DNA of 64,000 nt from Nitrosopumilus sp. (GCA_965207075.1 CBDBLO010000002.1:1088001-1152000), one strand, 5' to 3'. Shown: positions 30,682 through 41,634, counted from the stretch's first letter. Numbers and translations are program-made. The notes: generated by a model from the sequence alone, not told the origin.

Positions 30682-32568
30682 GTGTCTCAAACGCCGCACG
30701 CCTCCAAGCATGATTCTGCATCCACGTCCGCGTCCGGCCAAAGACCGCGGCTGGAATCGGCGCGGCCCGAGGAGCGCAAGCCACGCGAGAACTGGGCCAG
30801 GCGCTCCGAGGCGGACCACTTTGCTGACACCGTAAAGCTGTACCGGCAGGGAAGGTACGACGCGGACAGCTTTAGGCGCTTCAGGCTGCAGCACGGCGCG
30901 TACGGGACCCGAATGACCGGGGACTATGCAATGGTGCGCATAAAGATTCCCGCCGGCGTGGCGTATCCCCACCAGCTGGAGGCCATATCCAGACTCAGCG
31001 AGCAGTTCTCCATTGGCAGCGCGCACATATCGACCCGGGAGAACATACAGCTGCACTGGGTGGTGCTGGAGGACGTCTCGGAGATATTCAGGGGACTGGC
31101 CCGGGCGGGACTCACGTCGCGCGAGGCCTGCGGGAACACCGTCCGCAACGTGATGTGCAGCCCGCTTGCCGGCGTCTGCCCGTCAGAACCGTTTGACTCC
31201 ACGCCCTACGCGGTCGCCGTCGCCCGGTTCTTTCTGCGCAACCCCCTGTGCCAGAACCTGCCGCGCAAGTTCAAGTTCAACTTTACCTGCTGCGAGGAGC
31301 ACGGGATGGCCCGCATGGTCGACGTGGGGCTGATCCCGCAGACCCGCATGATCCCGGACGTCGACGGGAACGGGCAGCGCGAGCAGCGCGGCTTTAAGGT
31401 GTTCCTGGGCGGGGGCCTCGGAAACAGATCCTTTGTGGGGCACCAGCTTGAGGAGTTCACCCCAGAGGACGACCTGCTGTACACGTCAATTGCCACAATC
31501 CGAATATTTGACAGGCTCGGGGACCGCAAGAACATGGCAAGGAACCGCATGCGCTACCTGGTCGACGAGATGGGGTGGGAAAAGTTCCAGAGCCTGATAC
31601 TGATGGAGAGATCAATCGTCCGCGCCACGCAGTCGGTGGTCACGCGCCTAAAGCCGGACTTTGCCCCTATGGAGATACGGCGCCCCCTGCGGATATCCGA
31701 CGAGTCGGGCCCCGGCGCGGCGCCCCAGGACGGCTATTCGAGGTGGCTTGCGACAAACACGATAAGGCAGAAGCAGGATCCGTACCACACGGTCTTTGTG
31801 ACGCTGGAGGCCGGCGACATTACGGCGGGCCAGCTCAACTCGCTTGCGGAGCTGGTGCGCAGGTACTCGTGCGAGGGCGTGGCCCGCATAGGGTTCGTGC
31901 AGAACGTGGCCCTGCGGTTCGTGCATTCTGACGACCTGGGCGCCCTGTACGCGGGGCTCTTGGGGGCGGGACTTGCAAAGTCCGGGGCGCTTACGATGGC
32001 CGCCCCGATCGGGTGCTCCGGCACGACGTCGTGCAACCTGGCCCTGACCAACTCGCACAGGCTTGCAAAGGAGATCCAGAGGAAGTTCCTCGAGCTGGGG
32101 CTTGACAAGGATCCCGACCTTGCGGACTCTACGATAAAGATAAGCGGCTGCCCCAACTCCTGCGGGCAGCACGGCATTGCCACGATAGGGTTCTTTGGCG
32201 GCGGCGCGCGGGTCGGCAAGGACATGTACGCCAACTACCAGATGCTGCTTGGCGGGCGCTCGGACGGGCTGACCATGCTGGGCCAGACCTGCACCCGGGT
32301 GCCTGCAAAGAGGGTCATTCCCGTGATACTGAGGATAATCGAGGTGTTCAGGGCAAACCGCAGGCCCGGCGACACCCTCAAGTCCTGGATCCACAGGGTG
32401 GTGTCCGACGCGGAGGACTCGGGCGTGTCGTCGATAAAGGACATCAAGGCGGAGCTGCAGCCGCTGCTGGCCCCGCCTGCAAAGGACGACGATCCCGACT
32501 TTTACCTGGACTATGGCAGCGACACCAGCTACCACACAAAGACTGGCAAGGGCGAGTGTGCGGCTTGA
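30682..32568 (+). CDS. Ferredoxin-dependent sulfite/nitrite reductase (siroheme, 4Fe-4S)
   Basis: STRENIQLH, LPRKFK, CSGTTSCNLA, ISGCPNSCGQH; TATA-like tttataat at ~30653. Confidence 0.9.
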   Translation: MSQTPHASKHDSASTSASGQRPRLESARPEERKPRENWARRSEADHFADTVKLYRQGRYDADSFRRFRLQHGAYGTRMTGDYAMVRIKIPAGVAYPHQLEAISRLSEQFSIGSAHISTRENIQLHWVVLEDVSEIFRGLARAGLTSREACGNTVRNVMCSPLAGVCPSEPFDSTPYAVAVARFFLRNPLCQNLPRKFKFNFTCCEEHGMARMVDVGLIPQTRMIPDVDGNGQREQRGFKVFLGGGLGNRSFVGHQLEEFTPEDDLLYTSIATIRIFDRLGDRKNMARNRMRYLVDEMGWEKFQSLILMERSIVRATQSVVTRLKPDFAPMEIRRPLRISDESGPGAAPQDGYSRWLATNTIRQKQDPYHTVFVTLEAGDITAGQLNSLAELVRRYSCEGVARIGFVQNVALRFVHSDDLGALYAGLLGAGLAKSGALTMAAPIGCSGTTSCNLALTNSHRLAKEIQRKFLELGLDKDPDLADSTIKISGCPNSCGQHGIATIGFFGGGARVGKDMYANYQMLLGGRSDGLTMLGQTCTRVPAKRVIPVILRIIEVFRANRRPGDTLKSWIHRVVSDAEDSGVSSIKDIKAELQPLLAPPAKDDDPDFYLDYGSDTSYHTKTGKGECAA

Positions 32569-33395
32569 GCGGTAGCGACGTCGCCGGCGCCGGCCCTGCG
32601 CCCGCGGTCACGACGGACGCCGACGTGCTGCGCGGCGAGATCAGGGACAGGAGCGCCGTCGTGATAGACGCCCGCAGGCCGGAGGACTACAAGCGCTCCC
32701 ACATCCCGACCGCGGTAAACCTGCCGCTTGCAGATCTCTTGTCCGACGACGGCCCCGACAGGGTCGCCAGGATCGCCGGCTCGCTTGGAATTGGAGACGA
32801 GACGCGGGTCGTCGTATATGACGACTCGTTCGGGGCCCTCGCGTCGAGGATTGCGTGGACGCTGGAGTACATCGGGCACGCCGACGTCACGCTGCTTGAC
32901 ACCACGTATGCTCAGTGGCGCTCCATGGGGATGGAGACTGACGACGCGGCGCCGCCGGTCACGCCGCGGGAGCACTCGGCCGCCCCCGAACCCGGCATAC
33001 TTGCGACCCACGAGTACCTGGAGAAGGCCGTCGCGGATCGCGGCGGCGACGGCGTGGTTCTGGTCGACAACAGGGAGAGGCTGAACTTTCTGGAGCAGCA
33101 CATACCCGGCGCCGTCAGCCTGCCCTACAGGACGCTTGCGGGCCCCGACCGCATACTCCGGGGGCGCGAGGACATGAGGCGCCTGCTTGCAAACCGCGGG
33201 ATTGGCGACGGTTCTGAGATCATCACGTACTGTGGAAGCGTGGGGACGCTCTCGGGGCTAGCATACTATGCCATGAAGTCTGCGGGACTCTCGAACACCC
33301 GGCTGTATGTGAGGTCGTTTAAGGAGTGGAAGAGCCTCCAAAAGCCCACCGCCACCCAGGCCGACGCAAACTACTGGGATCTGTCCGCCGAGTGA
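32556..33395 (+). CDS. Tandem-domain rhodanese / sulfurtransferase
   Basis: Two HIP(T/G)AV domains, active-site YCGSVG; overlaps the reductase stop (TTG at 32565 is a possible start). Confidence 0.88.
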   Translation: MCGLSGSDVAGAGPAPAVTTDADVLRGEIRDRSAVVIDARRPEDYKRSHIPTAVNLPLADLLSDDGPDRVARIAGSLGIGDETRVVVYDDSFGALASRIAWTLEYIGHADVTLLDTTYAQWRSMGMETDDAAPPVTPREHSAAPEPGILATHEYLEKAVADRGGDGVVLVDNRERLNFLEQHIPGAVSLPYRTLAGPDRILRGREDMRRLLANRGIGDGSEIITYCGSVGTLSGLAYYAMKSAGLSNTRLYVRSFKEWKSLQKPTATQADANYWDLSAE

Positions 33396-33437
33396 CCGGA
33401 CGGCCGCCGGACACCGTTGCCGCATGCCGCCTGGCAC

Positions 33438-34643
33438 TCACGCCAGCTCGCGGCGTATCCTCTTTGTCAGGGCGGCCTCTATGTTGTCAAACAGGTCCAG
33501 CATCCTCTGCCTGTTCTCTGAGATGTAGTCGTCGCCCCTGTCCTTGAGCCGGATCTTCCACAGCCTGATCTCCCTGTGCTCGTCAAAGAAGCTCTCTATC
33601 ATCTGCACCCCGAACTTGTCGGGGTCGGTAAACTTGTCAAACACCGCAATGGACTTTTCGGCGTCGCCCTCCGATATGGTCTCCTTTGCGGACCGTATGG
33701 CCTGTATCAGCTCCTTCATGTTCTTGATGGGCTGCGGCAGCGTCCTTCTGGTTATGCCGAACAGGCCGCGCTTCTCCTTGCCTATCTTTTCGGCCACGCT
33801 GGGGGCAAGGTCGTAGATTGGTATGCGGCTGAGACCCTCGCGCTTTTCGTTCTGCAGTATGAGCCCCTTCTCGAGGAGCTTTCTGAGCGCCGTCTCCGCG
33901 TCGGCCTTGTCAAGGAACGTGGTCCACACGATGGCCCCGATCGTGTGGTATCCCTGCTTTATGGACTCTAGCACGACAACCTCCTGTATGCGCTTGAACC
34001 CCTCCTCTATCCTTACGTTGACAAAGTCTTTGTCCCTGACGGACTTTCTCGCGTTCTTGACGTCGATCTCGATTGAGCGCTTGAGGGCCTCAAGCGACTC
34101 CGGGACCTGGTTGAGGAGCGAGAGGTAGCACCCCTTGTTGTACCACGCCATGCCGTACGTGGGATCCGACTCGATGGCCTTTTCGACCGAGTCGAGCGCC
34201 TTTGCGTAGTTCTTCTGCTCGTAGTGCACCAGCCCCTTGAGGTTCCAGGCCTCCGGGTTCGTAACGTCGATGTCAAGTATCTTGTCATATACCGCAAGCG
34301 CCTCGCTGTGCTCGTCCAGGTGGAACTTTGCGTACCCGAGCTTTAGCATCGTCTCGACGCTGCTCGGATCTATCCTGAGCGCCTGCTCGAAGGTCATTAC
34401 CGCATCCTCGAGCTTTTGGTCCGCCATCAGGTTGATGCCCTTTTTGTAGAGCTTTTTGCGGTTGTAATCTACGTCTACCAGGCTCCTCTCCTTGGGGATC
34501 CCGGACTGCTCTTCTGCAAGCTCGATGTCTGCGCCGCCGCGCCTGGGGTCGTCACTCTTGGCGTCGTTGCCGCCTTCTGTTACGGACTCGTCGGAGCCTG
34601 CTGATTTTTTCTGTCCCCCGCCTCTCCGAAACTGGCTCTTCAT
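33438..34643 (-). CDS. Tetratricopeptide repeat protein
   Basis: AWNLKG / AWYNKG TPR units; start trimmed to MKSQFR. Confidence 0.85.
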   Translation of the reverse strand: MKSQFRRGGGQKKSAGSDESVTEGGNDAKSDDPRRGGADIELAEEQSGIPKERSLVDVDYNRKKLYKKGINLMADQKLEDAVMTFEQALRIDPSSVETMLKLGYAKFHLDEHSEALAVYDKILDIDVTNPEAWNLKGLVHYEQKNYAKALDSVEKAIESDPTYGMAWYNKGCYLSLLNQVPESLEALKRSIEIDVKNARKSVRDKDFVNVRIEEGFKRIQEVVVLESIKQGYHTIGAIVWTTFLDKADAETALRKLLEKGLILQNEKREGLSRIPIYDLAPSVAEKIGKEKRGLFGITRRTLPQPIKNMKELIQAIRSAKETISEGDAEKSIAVFDKFTDPDKFGVQMIESFFDEHREIRLWKIRLKDRGDDYISENRQRMLDLFDNIEAALTKRIRRELA

Positions 34644-34899
34644 CGCACCGTATGGGTTATTTCTAGTTAAAAACCATCCCCCGCGTCGCGTGTGGGCGGA
34701 GGGGCGAGAGGGAATGGCGGCGGTGACAACAGCATGAGAAGGGTGGAGCGCGCGGCTACGTCGCACACCGTGCCTGCACTTCCCGTGCGCATGCGTGCCG
34801 CGCCGGCAGCATCCTGGCCGGCATGCCTTGCCGGCCGTGCCCGACGCTACTGCAAACCCGATCGGTTAATCTAAAATACTTGCTGCGCATACGACTCTT

Positions 34900-36861
34900 G
34901 TGTCACTAAAGCCCGGCCTCAAGGTTGGCGGCAAGGCTCCGTTTGTAAAGCCTGGCGTGTACGAGGTCAAGATATCGATATCAAAATCAAAGCCTTCTGA
35001 GGAAGACGTCAGGCGCAACAAGTTTGACAGCCTGTGGAGCGACCATTTTCACCTGCGCGTAGAGGACGGCAAATTTTCAGAGACGCTGGGTTCGGAGGGA
35101 AACCCGATTCCGGACTCACTCAAGAATTACACGACGGTGTGGATTGTAGTATCTGACATATTCTCCTCGGCAAACTCCGTATTTGACGTGCCGCTGGAGT
35201 CCTCCCAGAGAGCCGCAAAGGCGGACAAAGACACAAAGAAGAAGGCGACGGCGGACACTCCCTCCAAAAAGAGGCCGGTTCCGCCCCCTCCTGCCCCGGG
35301 GTCGCCAAGAGCGGCAGCAGGGCATCCGGCAGACGGAGACCGGAGGGGGGCCACTGACCCTTCTGCCGACTTGCCGGGCGCCCCCGGAAAAAAGGAGAGG
35401 GATCCTTCCGGCGCGCAATCCGGACCGCGCCCCGTACGCCCCCCACAACCACCCACGCCCGCCCCGCCGTCTTGGGACTCCCCCCCCAGCGCGACTGCCG
35501 GCACCGCCCGCCCTTCTACTATCCCTGATTCTACGACAACTGCGTCTGCCGGGCGCATGGGCCCTTCGGGGCCTCAGGGTCCGGCCGGCATGCCCGGCCC
35601 CGCGGGAAGACGCGGCGCCGCTGGGCCCACGGGCCCTGCGGGGGACAAGGGACCCGTCGGCGACAAGGGCCCTGCGGGGGACAAGGGACCCGTCGGCGAC
35701 AAGGGCCCTGCGGGGGACAAGGGACCCGTCGGCGACAAGGGCATTACCGGCGACAAGGGATCCAAGGGCGACAAGGGCCCCGCAGGCCAGCAGGGCGACA
35801 AGGGCGACAAGGGCCCCACGGGCGAAAGGGGTGTTATAGGAGACAAGGGCGTAGCGGGAGACAAGGGCGACAAGGGCGACAAGGGCATTACGGGCCCGCC
35901 CGGAGACAAGGGCGACAAGGGCATTACGGGCCCGCCCGGAGACAAGGGCCCCGTGGGCCTCAAGGGCCCCGTCGGAGACAAGGGCGAGCGTGGCATTACG
36001 GGCCCGCCCGGAGACAAGGGCCCCGTGGGGCCGCGCGGTTCTGTCGGAGACAAGGGCGAGAAGGGCCCCTCCGGCCCGCCCGGAGACAAGGGCATCACAG
36101 GAACCATAGGCCCCCCGGGCGAAAAGGGGACGACTGGCCCAGTAGGCACCCCGGGCGAAAAGGGCTCCCAGGGCCCCCCGGGCCCGATCGGAGAGCCAGG
36201 ACCACCAGGACAGGCCGGCTCCCCCGGAGACAAGGGCCCCCAGGGCCCCCAGGGCCCTGCCGGGGCAAAGGGGCTTACCGGAGTGCCTGGACCGCAGGGC
36301 GACAAGGGCGACAAGGGCCCAGTAGGCCCGCAGGGCGACAAGGGAGAGACCGGGACTCAGGGGCCTGTAGGAGAAAAGGGCCCCCAGGGCCCCCAGGGCC
36401 CTGCCGGGGCAAAGGGGCTTACCGGAGTGCCCGGACCGCAGGGCGACAAGGGCGACAAGGGCCCAGTAGGCCCGCAGGGCGACAAGGGAGAGACCGGGAC
36501 TCAGGGGCCTACTGGGGAGAAAGGCCCCCAGGGACCGCAGGGCTCGCAAGGAGAGCGAGGCCCGCCAGGACCGCCCGGCGACAAGGGCCCACAGGGCCCA
36601 CAGGGCATTCAGGGGTTGCAGGGCGAGCGCGGTCCGAAGGGACAGCCAGGCCCTGACGGTGAGCAGGGCCCACAGGGCCCACAGGGCCCCCTGGGACCGC
36701 AGGGCTCGCGCGGGCCGCCGGGGCTACCCGGGGAGAAGGGACCGTCGGGCGGAATGTCTGCGGAACAAAAGGCACTGTTCAAGGATCTGCTGGAGATTCT
36801 CACCAACAAGGGAGTCATAAACACCGAGGAGCAGATCAAGCTTATGAGCTATCTATACTAG
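34900..36861 (+). CDS. Collagen-like protein
   Basis: Continuous Gly-X-Y run at ~35551-36750 (GDK, GPQ, GPP) between globular ends. Confidence 0.9.
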   Translation: MSLKPGLKVGGKAPFVKPGVYEVKISISKSKPSEEDVRRNKFDSLWSDHFHLRVEDGKFSETLGSEGNPIPDSLKNYTTVWIVVSDIFSSANSVFDVPLESSQRAAKADKDTKKKATADTPSKKRPVPPPPAPGSPRAAAGHPADGDRRGATDPSADLPGAPGKKERDPSGAQSGPRPVRPPQPPTPAPPSWDSPPSATAGTARPSTIPDSTTTASAGRMGPSGPQGPAGMPGPAGRRGAAGPTGPAGDKGPVGDKGPAGDKGPVGDKGPAGDKGPVGDKGITGDKGSKGDKGPAGQQGDKGDKGPTGERGVIGDKGVAGDKGDKGDKGITGPPGDKGDKGITGPPGDKGPVGLKGPVGDKGERGITGPPGDKGPVGPRGSVGDKGEKGPSGPPGDKGITGTIGPPGEKGTTGPVGTPGEKGSQGPPGPIGEPGPPGQAGSPGDKGPQGPQGPAGAKGLTGVPGPQGDKGDKGPVGPQGDKGETGTQGPVGEKGPQGPQGPAGAKGLTGVPGPQGDKGDKGPVGPQGDKGETGTQGPTGEKGPQGPQGSQGERGPPGPPGDKGPQGPQGIQGLQGERGPKGQPGPDGEQGPQGPQGPLGPQGSRGPPGLPGEKGPSGGMSAEQKALFKDLLEILTNKGVINTEEQIKLMSYLY

Positions 36862-37226
36862 GCCGCGATACTACTTGCGGCACTGCCCGCCCTCTGGACT
36901 GGTGGGACTGGCCGTGCCGCCGCTTTGCTGCGTGCCGTCTGGCCTATGCCCTTCTTACCCCTTTCGCCTCCTTGCCACTCTGCTGTGACGTGGATTGTGC
37001 TGATGCATCCCACGTCGTGCACAGACGACGACGCGATGAACGCAGCTCAGGTGCGTGCCATTCTGATTGAATTCATAACGCTAGCTGACTGAAACCAAGA
37101 TCGCGGCCATGCCGTGTTCATCCTTCTGACTGCAAAGCCACTTCACATCCGGGCATCATTATCTGATACTAAAATAAGAAAAACACGTCGCCAAAGCGAC
37201 GGTTGTGGATTTGCCACTGTTTCGTA

Positions 37227-37979
37227 TTACTTCTTGCCCTTGGCCTTTGTTGGCGGCCTGCCCGGCTTGCGCTTTGCAACGGTCGCCTTCTTTGCAGCAG
37301 TAGCCTTCTTGGCTGGTCTGTCCGGCTTGCGCTTTGCAACGGTCGCCTTCTTTGCAGCAGTAGCCTTCTTGGCTGGTCTGCCCGGCTTGCGCTTTGCAAC
37401 GGTCGCCTTCTTTGCAGCAGTAGCCTTCTTGGCTGGTCTGCCCGGCTTGCGCTTTGCAACGGTCGCCTTCTTTGCAGCAGTAGCCTTCTTGGCTGGTCTG
37501 CCCGGCTTGCGCTTTGCAACGGTCGCCTTCTTTGCAGCAGTAGCCTTCTTGGCTGGTCTGCCCGGCTTGCGCTTTGCAACGGTCGCCTTCTTTGCAGCAG
37601 TAGCCTTCTTGGCTGGTCTGCCCGGCTTGCGCTTTGCAACGGTCGCCTTCTTTGCAGCAGTAGCCTTCTTGGCTGGTCTGCCCGGCTTGCGCTTTGCAAC
37701 GGTCGCCTTCTTGGCTGGTCTGCCCGGCTTGCGCTTTGCAACGGTCGCCTTCTTGGCTGGTCTGCCCGGCTTGCGCTTTGCAACGGTCGCCTTCTTTGCA
37801 GCAGTAGCCTTCTTGGCTGGTCTGCCCGGCTTGCGCTTTGCAACGGTCGCCTTCTTTGCAGCAGTAGCCTTCTTGGCTGGTCTGCCCGGCTTGCGCTTTG
37901 CAACGGTCGCCTTCTTTGCAGCAGTAGCCTTCTTGGCTGGTCTGCCCGGCTTGCGCTTTGTAGCTTTTGGTCTTGCCAT
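37227..37979 (-). CDS. Histone H1-like Lys/Ala-rich repeat protein with AT-hook-like KRKPGRP motifs
   Basis: 250 aa: 10 x 20-aa units, 2 x 14-aa units and a terminal partial unit; AT-rich upstream region at 37980-38090. Confidence 0.8.
   Translation of the reverse strand: MARPKATKRKPGRPAKKATAAKKATVAKRKPGRPAKKATAAKKATVAKRKPGRPAKKATAAKKATVAKRKPGRPAKKATVAKRKPGRPAKKATVAKRKPGRPAKKATAAKKATVAKRKPGRPAKKATAAKKATVAKRKPGRPAKKATAAKKATVAKRKPGRPAKKATAAKKATVAKRKPGRPAKKATAAKKATVAKRKPGRPAKKATAAKKATVAKRKPDRPAKKATAAKKATVAKRKPGRPPTKAKGKK
37261..37960. repeat. Near-perfect 60-bp tandem repeat, with two 42-bp variants
   Basis: cccggcttgcgctttgcaacggtcgccttctttgcagcagtagccttcttggctggtctg repeated; one substitution at 37321. 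Confidence 0.97.
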
Positions 37980-38617
37980 GTTTTTATCGAAATTATGGTT
38001 ATTTTTCAATGGTTAATATTAAAAAAATTATACAAATCGATCGTAAAAAATAGAGCTATTTTTTGTAGAAACTACGTTTTTTACGATCGCAAAACACATG
38101 CACGCGGATGGGCATTTTCCAAAATACAGCGGCTTTATCCAAACACGATCGTGTTTCTTGCGCGCGCGGTGCGGACCGGGCCTGTACCGTGTCACGTGTC
38201 CACTGTAATATCCGCCCCTGGCCATATTTGTGCCAATTCTACGAATAAGCGGGCGTATTTTTGGAGGCGCGCCCGCCCGCATGACTTCGTGTCATTCTGC
38301 CGCCGCGCTTTTTTGCGCCTTCGCTTTTTTGCGATCTCAGACTGTGCGTGACTTGCGGCGCGCCATCATGCAATGGCATTGCATGGCATGCTGGATGCGC
38401 TGTTATGTGCGATCCTTTCTATGAAATTATTTTGTTGCAAAAACTGCTGTTTTGGGACGTTTTTGGGTTTTTTGCAACCGCGGTGGATTTGCACCCGCGG
38501 TTCCGACCCGTCCCTTCCATGTGCGCGCGGCGCACGATTCGTCTGTATTTCAGGGCCGGCCGGCGCTGTGTGGTTCTGCTTGCGCGCGCGGCGGAGCGGC
38601 GGCGCGCACGCAATTTG

Positions 38618-39739
38618 TTATGCGCCCCTTGCCTTTATTATCGTCAGTACGTCTTCGTCCTGCAGTATGTGCCCGAGTCCGACCCTCTGGCCTCCGAACT
38701 TGACACTCTTTCCCCAGATCATCCCGTACCTGAATTCCCTGCGCATCCTGCGGTGGATCTTGTTGCAGACGTCCTCGACGCTGTCCCCCTCCCTTGCGAT
38801 AAGCGGTTCGTCGTAGTCTGTGGGCCCGCCCTTCGGGCGCATGTATATCCTGATGAACCTTAGTTTCTCGTATATCTGCTGCTTGAGGGCGTCTATGTTG
38901 ACCTCGGCGTTTGCAGAGACCTCGACGGCCGGCGTCCTCGACTCGCTTGCCCTCCTCTGGCGCAGGTCCTGCAGGAACTCCGAGTCCACCAGGTCAATCT
39001 TGTTGAGCACCGTAATTGCCTTAGAGTACGACACGTTGCCTGCCATGTGATCCGCTAGCTGCTCGGACGTCACGTCCTCGCGTGTAACAACCCTGGCGCT
39101 GACCACCCCGTACAGGTGCAGTATGTCCTTGAGGTGCCCCTCGGTGATCTTGGTGAGCTTGACCTGCTGCGCAACCGCGATGCCGCCCATCGACGCCTTC
39201 TCTATTGTTATGTTTGGTGGAAGCTGGTTGAGCCGTATGCCTATGTTCCCAAGCTCGTTTATCAGGACGTCCTCGTGGTGCGGCTGGAAGACATCAAGGA
39301 TGAGCAGCACGAGGTCCGCGGTCCTTGCGACTGAGAGTATTCTCTTCCCAAGGCCCTTGCCAGACGATGCCCCCTTTATGATTCCGGGAAGATCGAGCAC
39401 TTGGATCCTTGCGCCCCTGTACTCCATCATGCCCGGCACAACCGTCAGCGTGGTAAACTGGAACGCGCCGACAGTTGACTTTGCATCCGTCAGCTTGTTT
39501 AGCAGCGTGGATTTCCCGACGCTTGGAAGTCCTATGAACACCACGGTCGCGTCTCCAGTACGCCTGACGTCAAAGCCGTCCGACTTTGCGCCCGACTTTT
39601 TTATCGTGTTCTCTTCCTGCTCTCGCTTTAGCTTTGCAATCTTGGCCTTTAACAGGCCTATGTGGTGCTCTGTGGCCTTGTTGATCTGCGTCCTTGCCAT
39701 CTCATCCTGTATGGCCTTTATCTTTTCGGGAATGCCCAT
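38618..39739 (-). CDS. DRG-type OBG-family GTPase with TGS domain
   Basis: GLPSVGKS, FTT, DLPG, NKID, WGKSVKFGGQRVG. Confidence 0.93.
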   Translation of the reverse strand: MGIPEKIKAIQDEMARTQINKATEHHIGLLKAKIAKLKREQEENTIKKSGAKSDGFDVRRTGDATVVFIGLPSVGKSTLLNKLTDAKSTVGAFQFTTLTVVPGMMEYRGARIQVLDLPGIIKGASSGKGLGKRILSVARTADLVLLILDVFQPHHEDVLINELGNIGIRLNQLPPNITIEKASMGGIAVAQQVKLTKITEGHLKDILHLYGVVSARVVTREDVTSEQLADHMAGNVSYSKAITVLNKIDLVDSEFLQDLRQRRASESRTPAVEVSANAEVNIDALKQQIYEKLRFIRIYMRPKGGPTDYDEPLIAREGDSVEDVCNKIHRRMRREFRYGMIWGKSVKFGGQRVGLGHILQDEDVLTIIKARGA

Positions 39740-39832
39740 GAGGGCGCCGTCCCACCCTGTTAAAATAAAACTATTGGATTTTAGTGTTTTTTGCGGCTTT
39801 TATAGATTTCAACTGGTAGGCATGGAAACAAG

Positions 39833-41134
39833 ATGAAAATCACTAGGGAGGAGTTCGAGGAGACGGCCGACGCGACGGCGGGCGACCCCATGGAACTGTT
39901 CATGCAGGGGATCAGGTCAGAGGAGACAAAGCGCTATTATGTGCACATGTTGCGACTCATACTGTGTGAAGTGCTGGGGGACGTACTGGACGGCACGTTT
40001 GAGCAGCGCGCCGGGCAGATCGTGCGCATGGCGCGGGACGACCCTGACCGGACGCTGTCCCTGATGCTGCGAATCTCCGCAAAACTGAGGGAGCGCACGG
40101 AGCTGCCGCACGACAACCCGGACTACATCAACCCGACGAGCATCAAGAACTACTTCAGTCCGATCAAAAAGCTGTTCAATATGAACAACGCCCCGATGCA
40201 GTGGAAGCGCGTGCACTGCACGTGGCCCGAAAGAGACAACGTGCCCGAGTCCAGGGGGTGGGAACGGCACGAGATACAGCGGATGCTCGGGTACGCCAGG
40301 AATAAGAGGGACAGGGCGCTCATACTGGTGGCCGCCAGCTCCGGCATGAGGGCGGGGGGCTTTGAGTCGCTCAGGTGGTCCGACCTCAGGCCCGTATACG
40401 TGGACGGCCGGGGGGAGCCTGCGTTTGGCGACGACCGCAGCGTGGATGGGGGCGGGGGAAGCCCGCCGGCCTGCGCCATGCTCACCGTATACGGCCGCAC
40501 CAGCGCGAGCTACCCGGCGTTCATCACGCCGGAGGCGTACGCCGCCCTGATGGAGTACCGAGAGGTGCTGACGCGCCAGTCGGGCAGACGCCCCAAGCCT
40601 GACGAGTCGATGTTCGTGGTAGTGGGGAAGCGCGGGGCGGCATCAAACGCCATGACGCAGACGGTCAGGGGGAGCATAACCCGGATAGTCACTATCACCG
40701 GACTGCGTGACAGTGGGCGCAGGGGACGGAGGTCGTATGACGTGCCAATCATGAACGGCTTCCGCCGCTTCTGGAACAAGGCGTGCAAGGAGTCGCTCTC
40801 CAAGGACTCGGCCCTGTCATCATTGATCAAGAAGGAGTACATGATGGGACATGTGGGCCTGGTGAACCTTGACAGGAACTATTTCAAGACGCACGTACTG
40901 GAACTGGCCGCGGAATACATGCAGTCCGTACCGGCCCTGACCATAGGGGACGAGGAGCGCCTCCGGCTGGCGAACGCCGCGCAGGCCGCCAGGATAGGGA
41001 GCATGCAGGACGAGCGGGACGCCGAGATCGCCGGGCTCAAGCGCACCGTAGCGGAGCTCACGCGCAGGATGGAGGGGTTCATGCGGGACGGCGGAGACGG
41101 CGGAAGCAAAGGCGGCGCGGGGATCGGAGGGTGA
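39833..41134 (+). CDS. Tyrosine recombinase / integrase
   Basis: SGMR (Arg I), NGFRRF (HxxR-equivalent), MMGH, DRNYF (Tyr); C-terminal coiled coil. Confidence 0.85.
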   Translation: MKITREEFEETADATAGDPMELFMQGIRSEETKRYYVHMLRLILCEVLGDVLDGTFEQRAGQIVRMARDDPDRTLSLMLRISAKLRERTELPHDNPDYINPTSIKNYFSPIKKLFNMNNAPMQWKRVHCTWPERDNVPESRGWERHEIQRMLGYARNKRDRALILVAASSGMRAGGFESLRWSDLRPVYVDGRGEPAFGDDRSVDGGGGSPPACAMLTVYGRTSASYPAFITPEAYAALMEYREVLTRQSGRRPKPDESMFVVVGKRGAASNAMTQTVRGSITRIVTITGLRDSGRRGRRSYDVPIMNGFRRFWNKACKESLSKDSALSSLIKKEYMMGHVGLVNLDRNYFKTHVLELAAEYMQSVPALTIGDEERLRLANAAQAARIGSMQDERDAEIAGLKRTVAELTRRMEGFMRDGGDGGSKGGAGIGG

Positions 41135-41634
41135 GTCCGATACCGCCGACCGAGAACCGCCACGTTAAATTGAAACGAAGGCAGCTTGCGCATGGCACCG
41201 TCTCCGCCCTCCCACGCCACGACGGCCGCCGACCGGGGGTACGCGGATTGACACCCTCCACCAGGGACGCCGCCTGCCTTTGCCACTCCCCCGCTCCCCC
41301 TGCTGCAGACACGCCGTACGACACGCGCGTAATCGCGGAGTCGGAGTGCTCCATCTGCGGCTCGCGCGCCGCCGCCATGATGCCGGCCGCATACATCGGG
41401 TGTTTCCTGTCCGACGGCCGCGGTCCGCAGGGGCGCTCCGTGCGCGTGTGGTGCGGTTCGTGCGGGCTGCACCGCTACGAGTCGGTGGGCGGCGTGCACA
41501 GGCTTGGGTGTCCCGTACCGTTTTCAGGCGCCCGGCCATTCAGGCAGCCGGCGGGCGCGCCGTCGCCATTCCTTCCGCTTCCACCCGCTCCAGACCCTAT
41601 GCACGTCCGCCACCGCGCGGTGAGCGCGCAATGA
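41131..41634 (+). CDS. Hypothetical CxxC protein
   Basis: CSICG and WCGSCG; GTGA/ATGA overlaps at both ends. Confidence 0.45.
   Translation: MSPIPPTENRHVKLKRRQLAHGTVSALPRHDGRRPGVRGLTPSTRDAACLCHSPAPPAADTPYDTRVIAESECSICGSRAAAMMPAAYIGCFLSDGRGPQGRSVRVWCGSCGLHRYESVGGVHRLGCPVPFSGARPFRQPAGAPSPFLPLPPAPDPMHVRHRAVSAQ

Noticed and set aside
37261-37960. CRISPR array
   Set aside because: Units are contiguous with no unique spacers, lengths are multiples of 3 within an ORF, and there are no cas genes
37114-38351. Long + strand ORFs across the repeat
   Set aside because: Antisense shadows of the Lys-rich gene, kept open by a stop-free repeat
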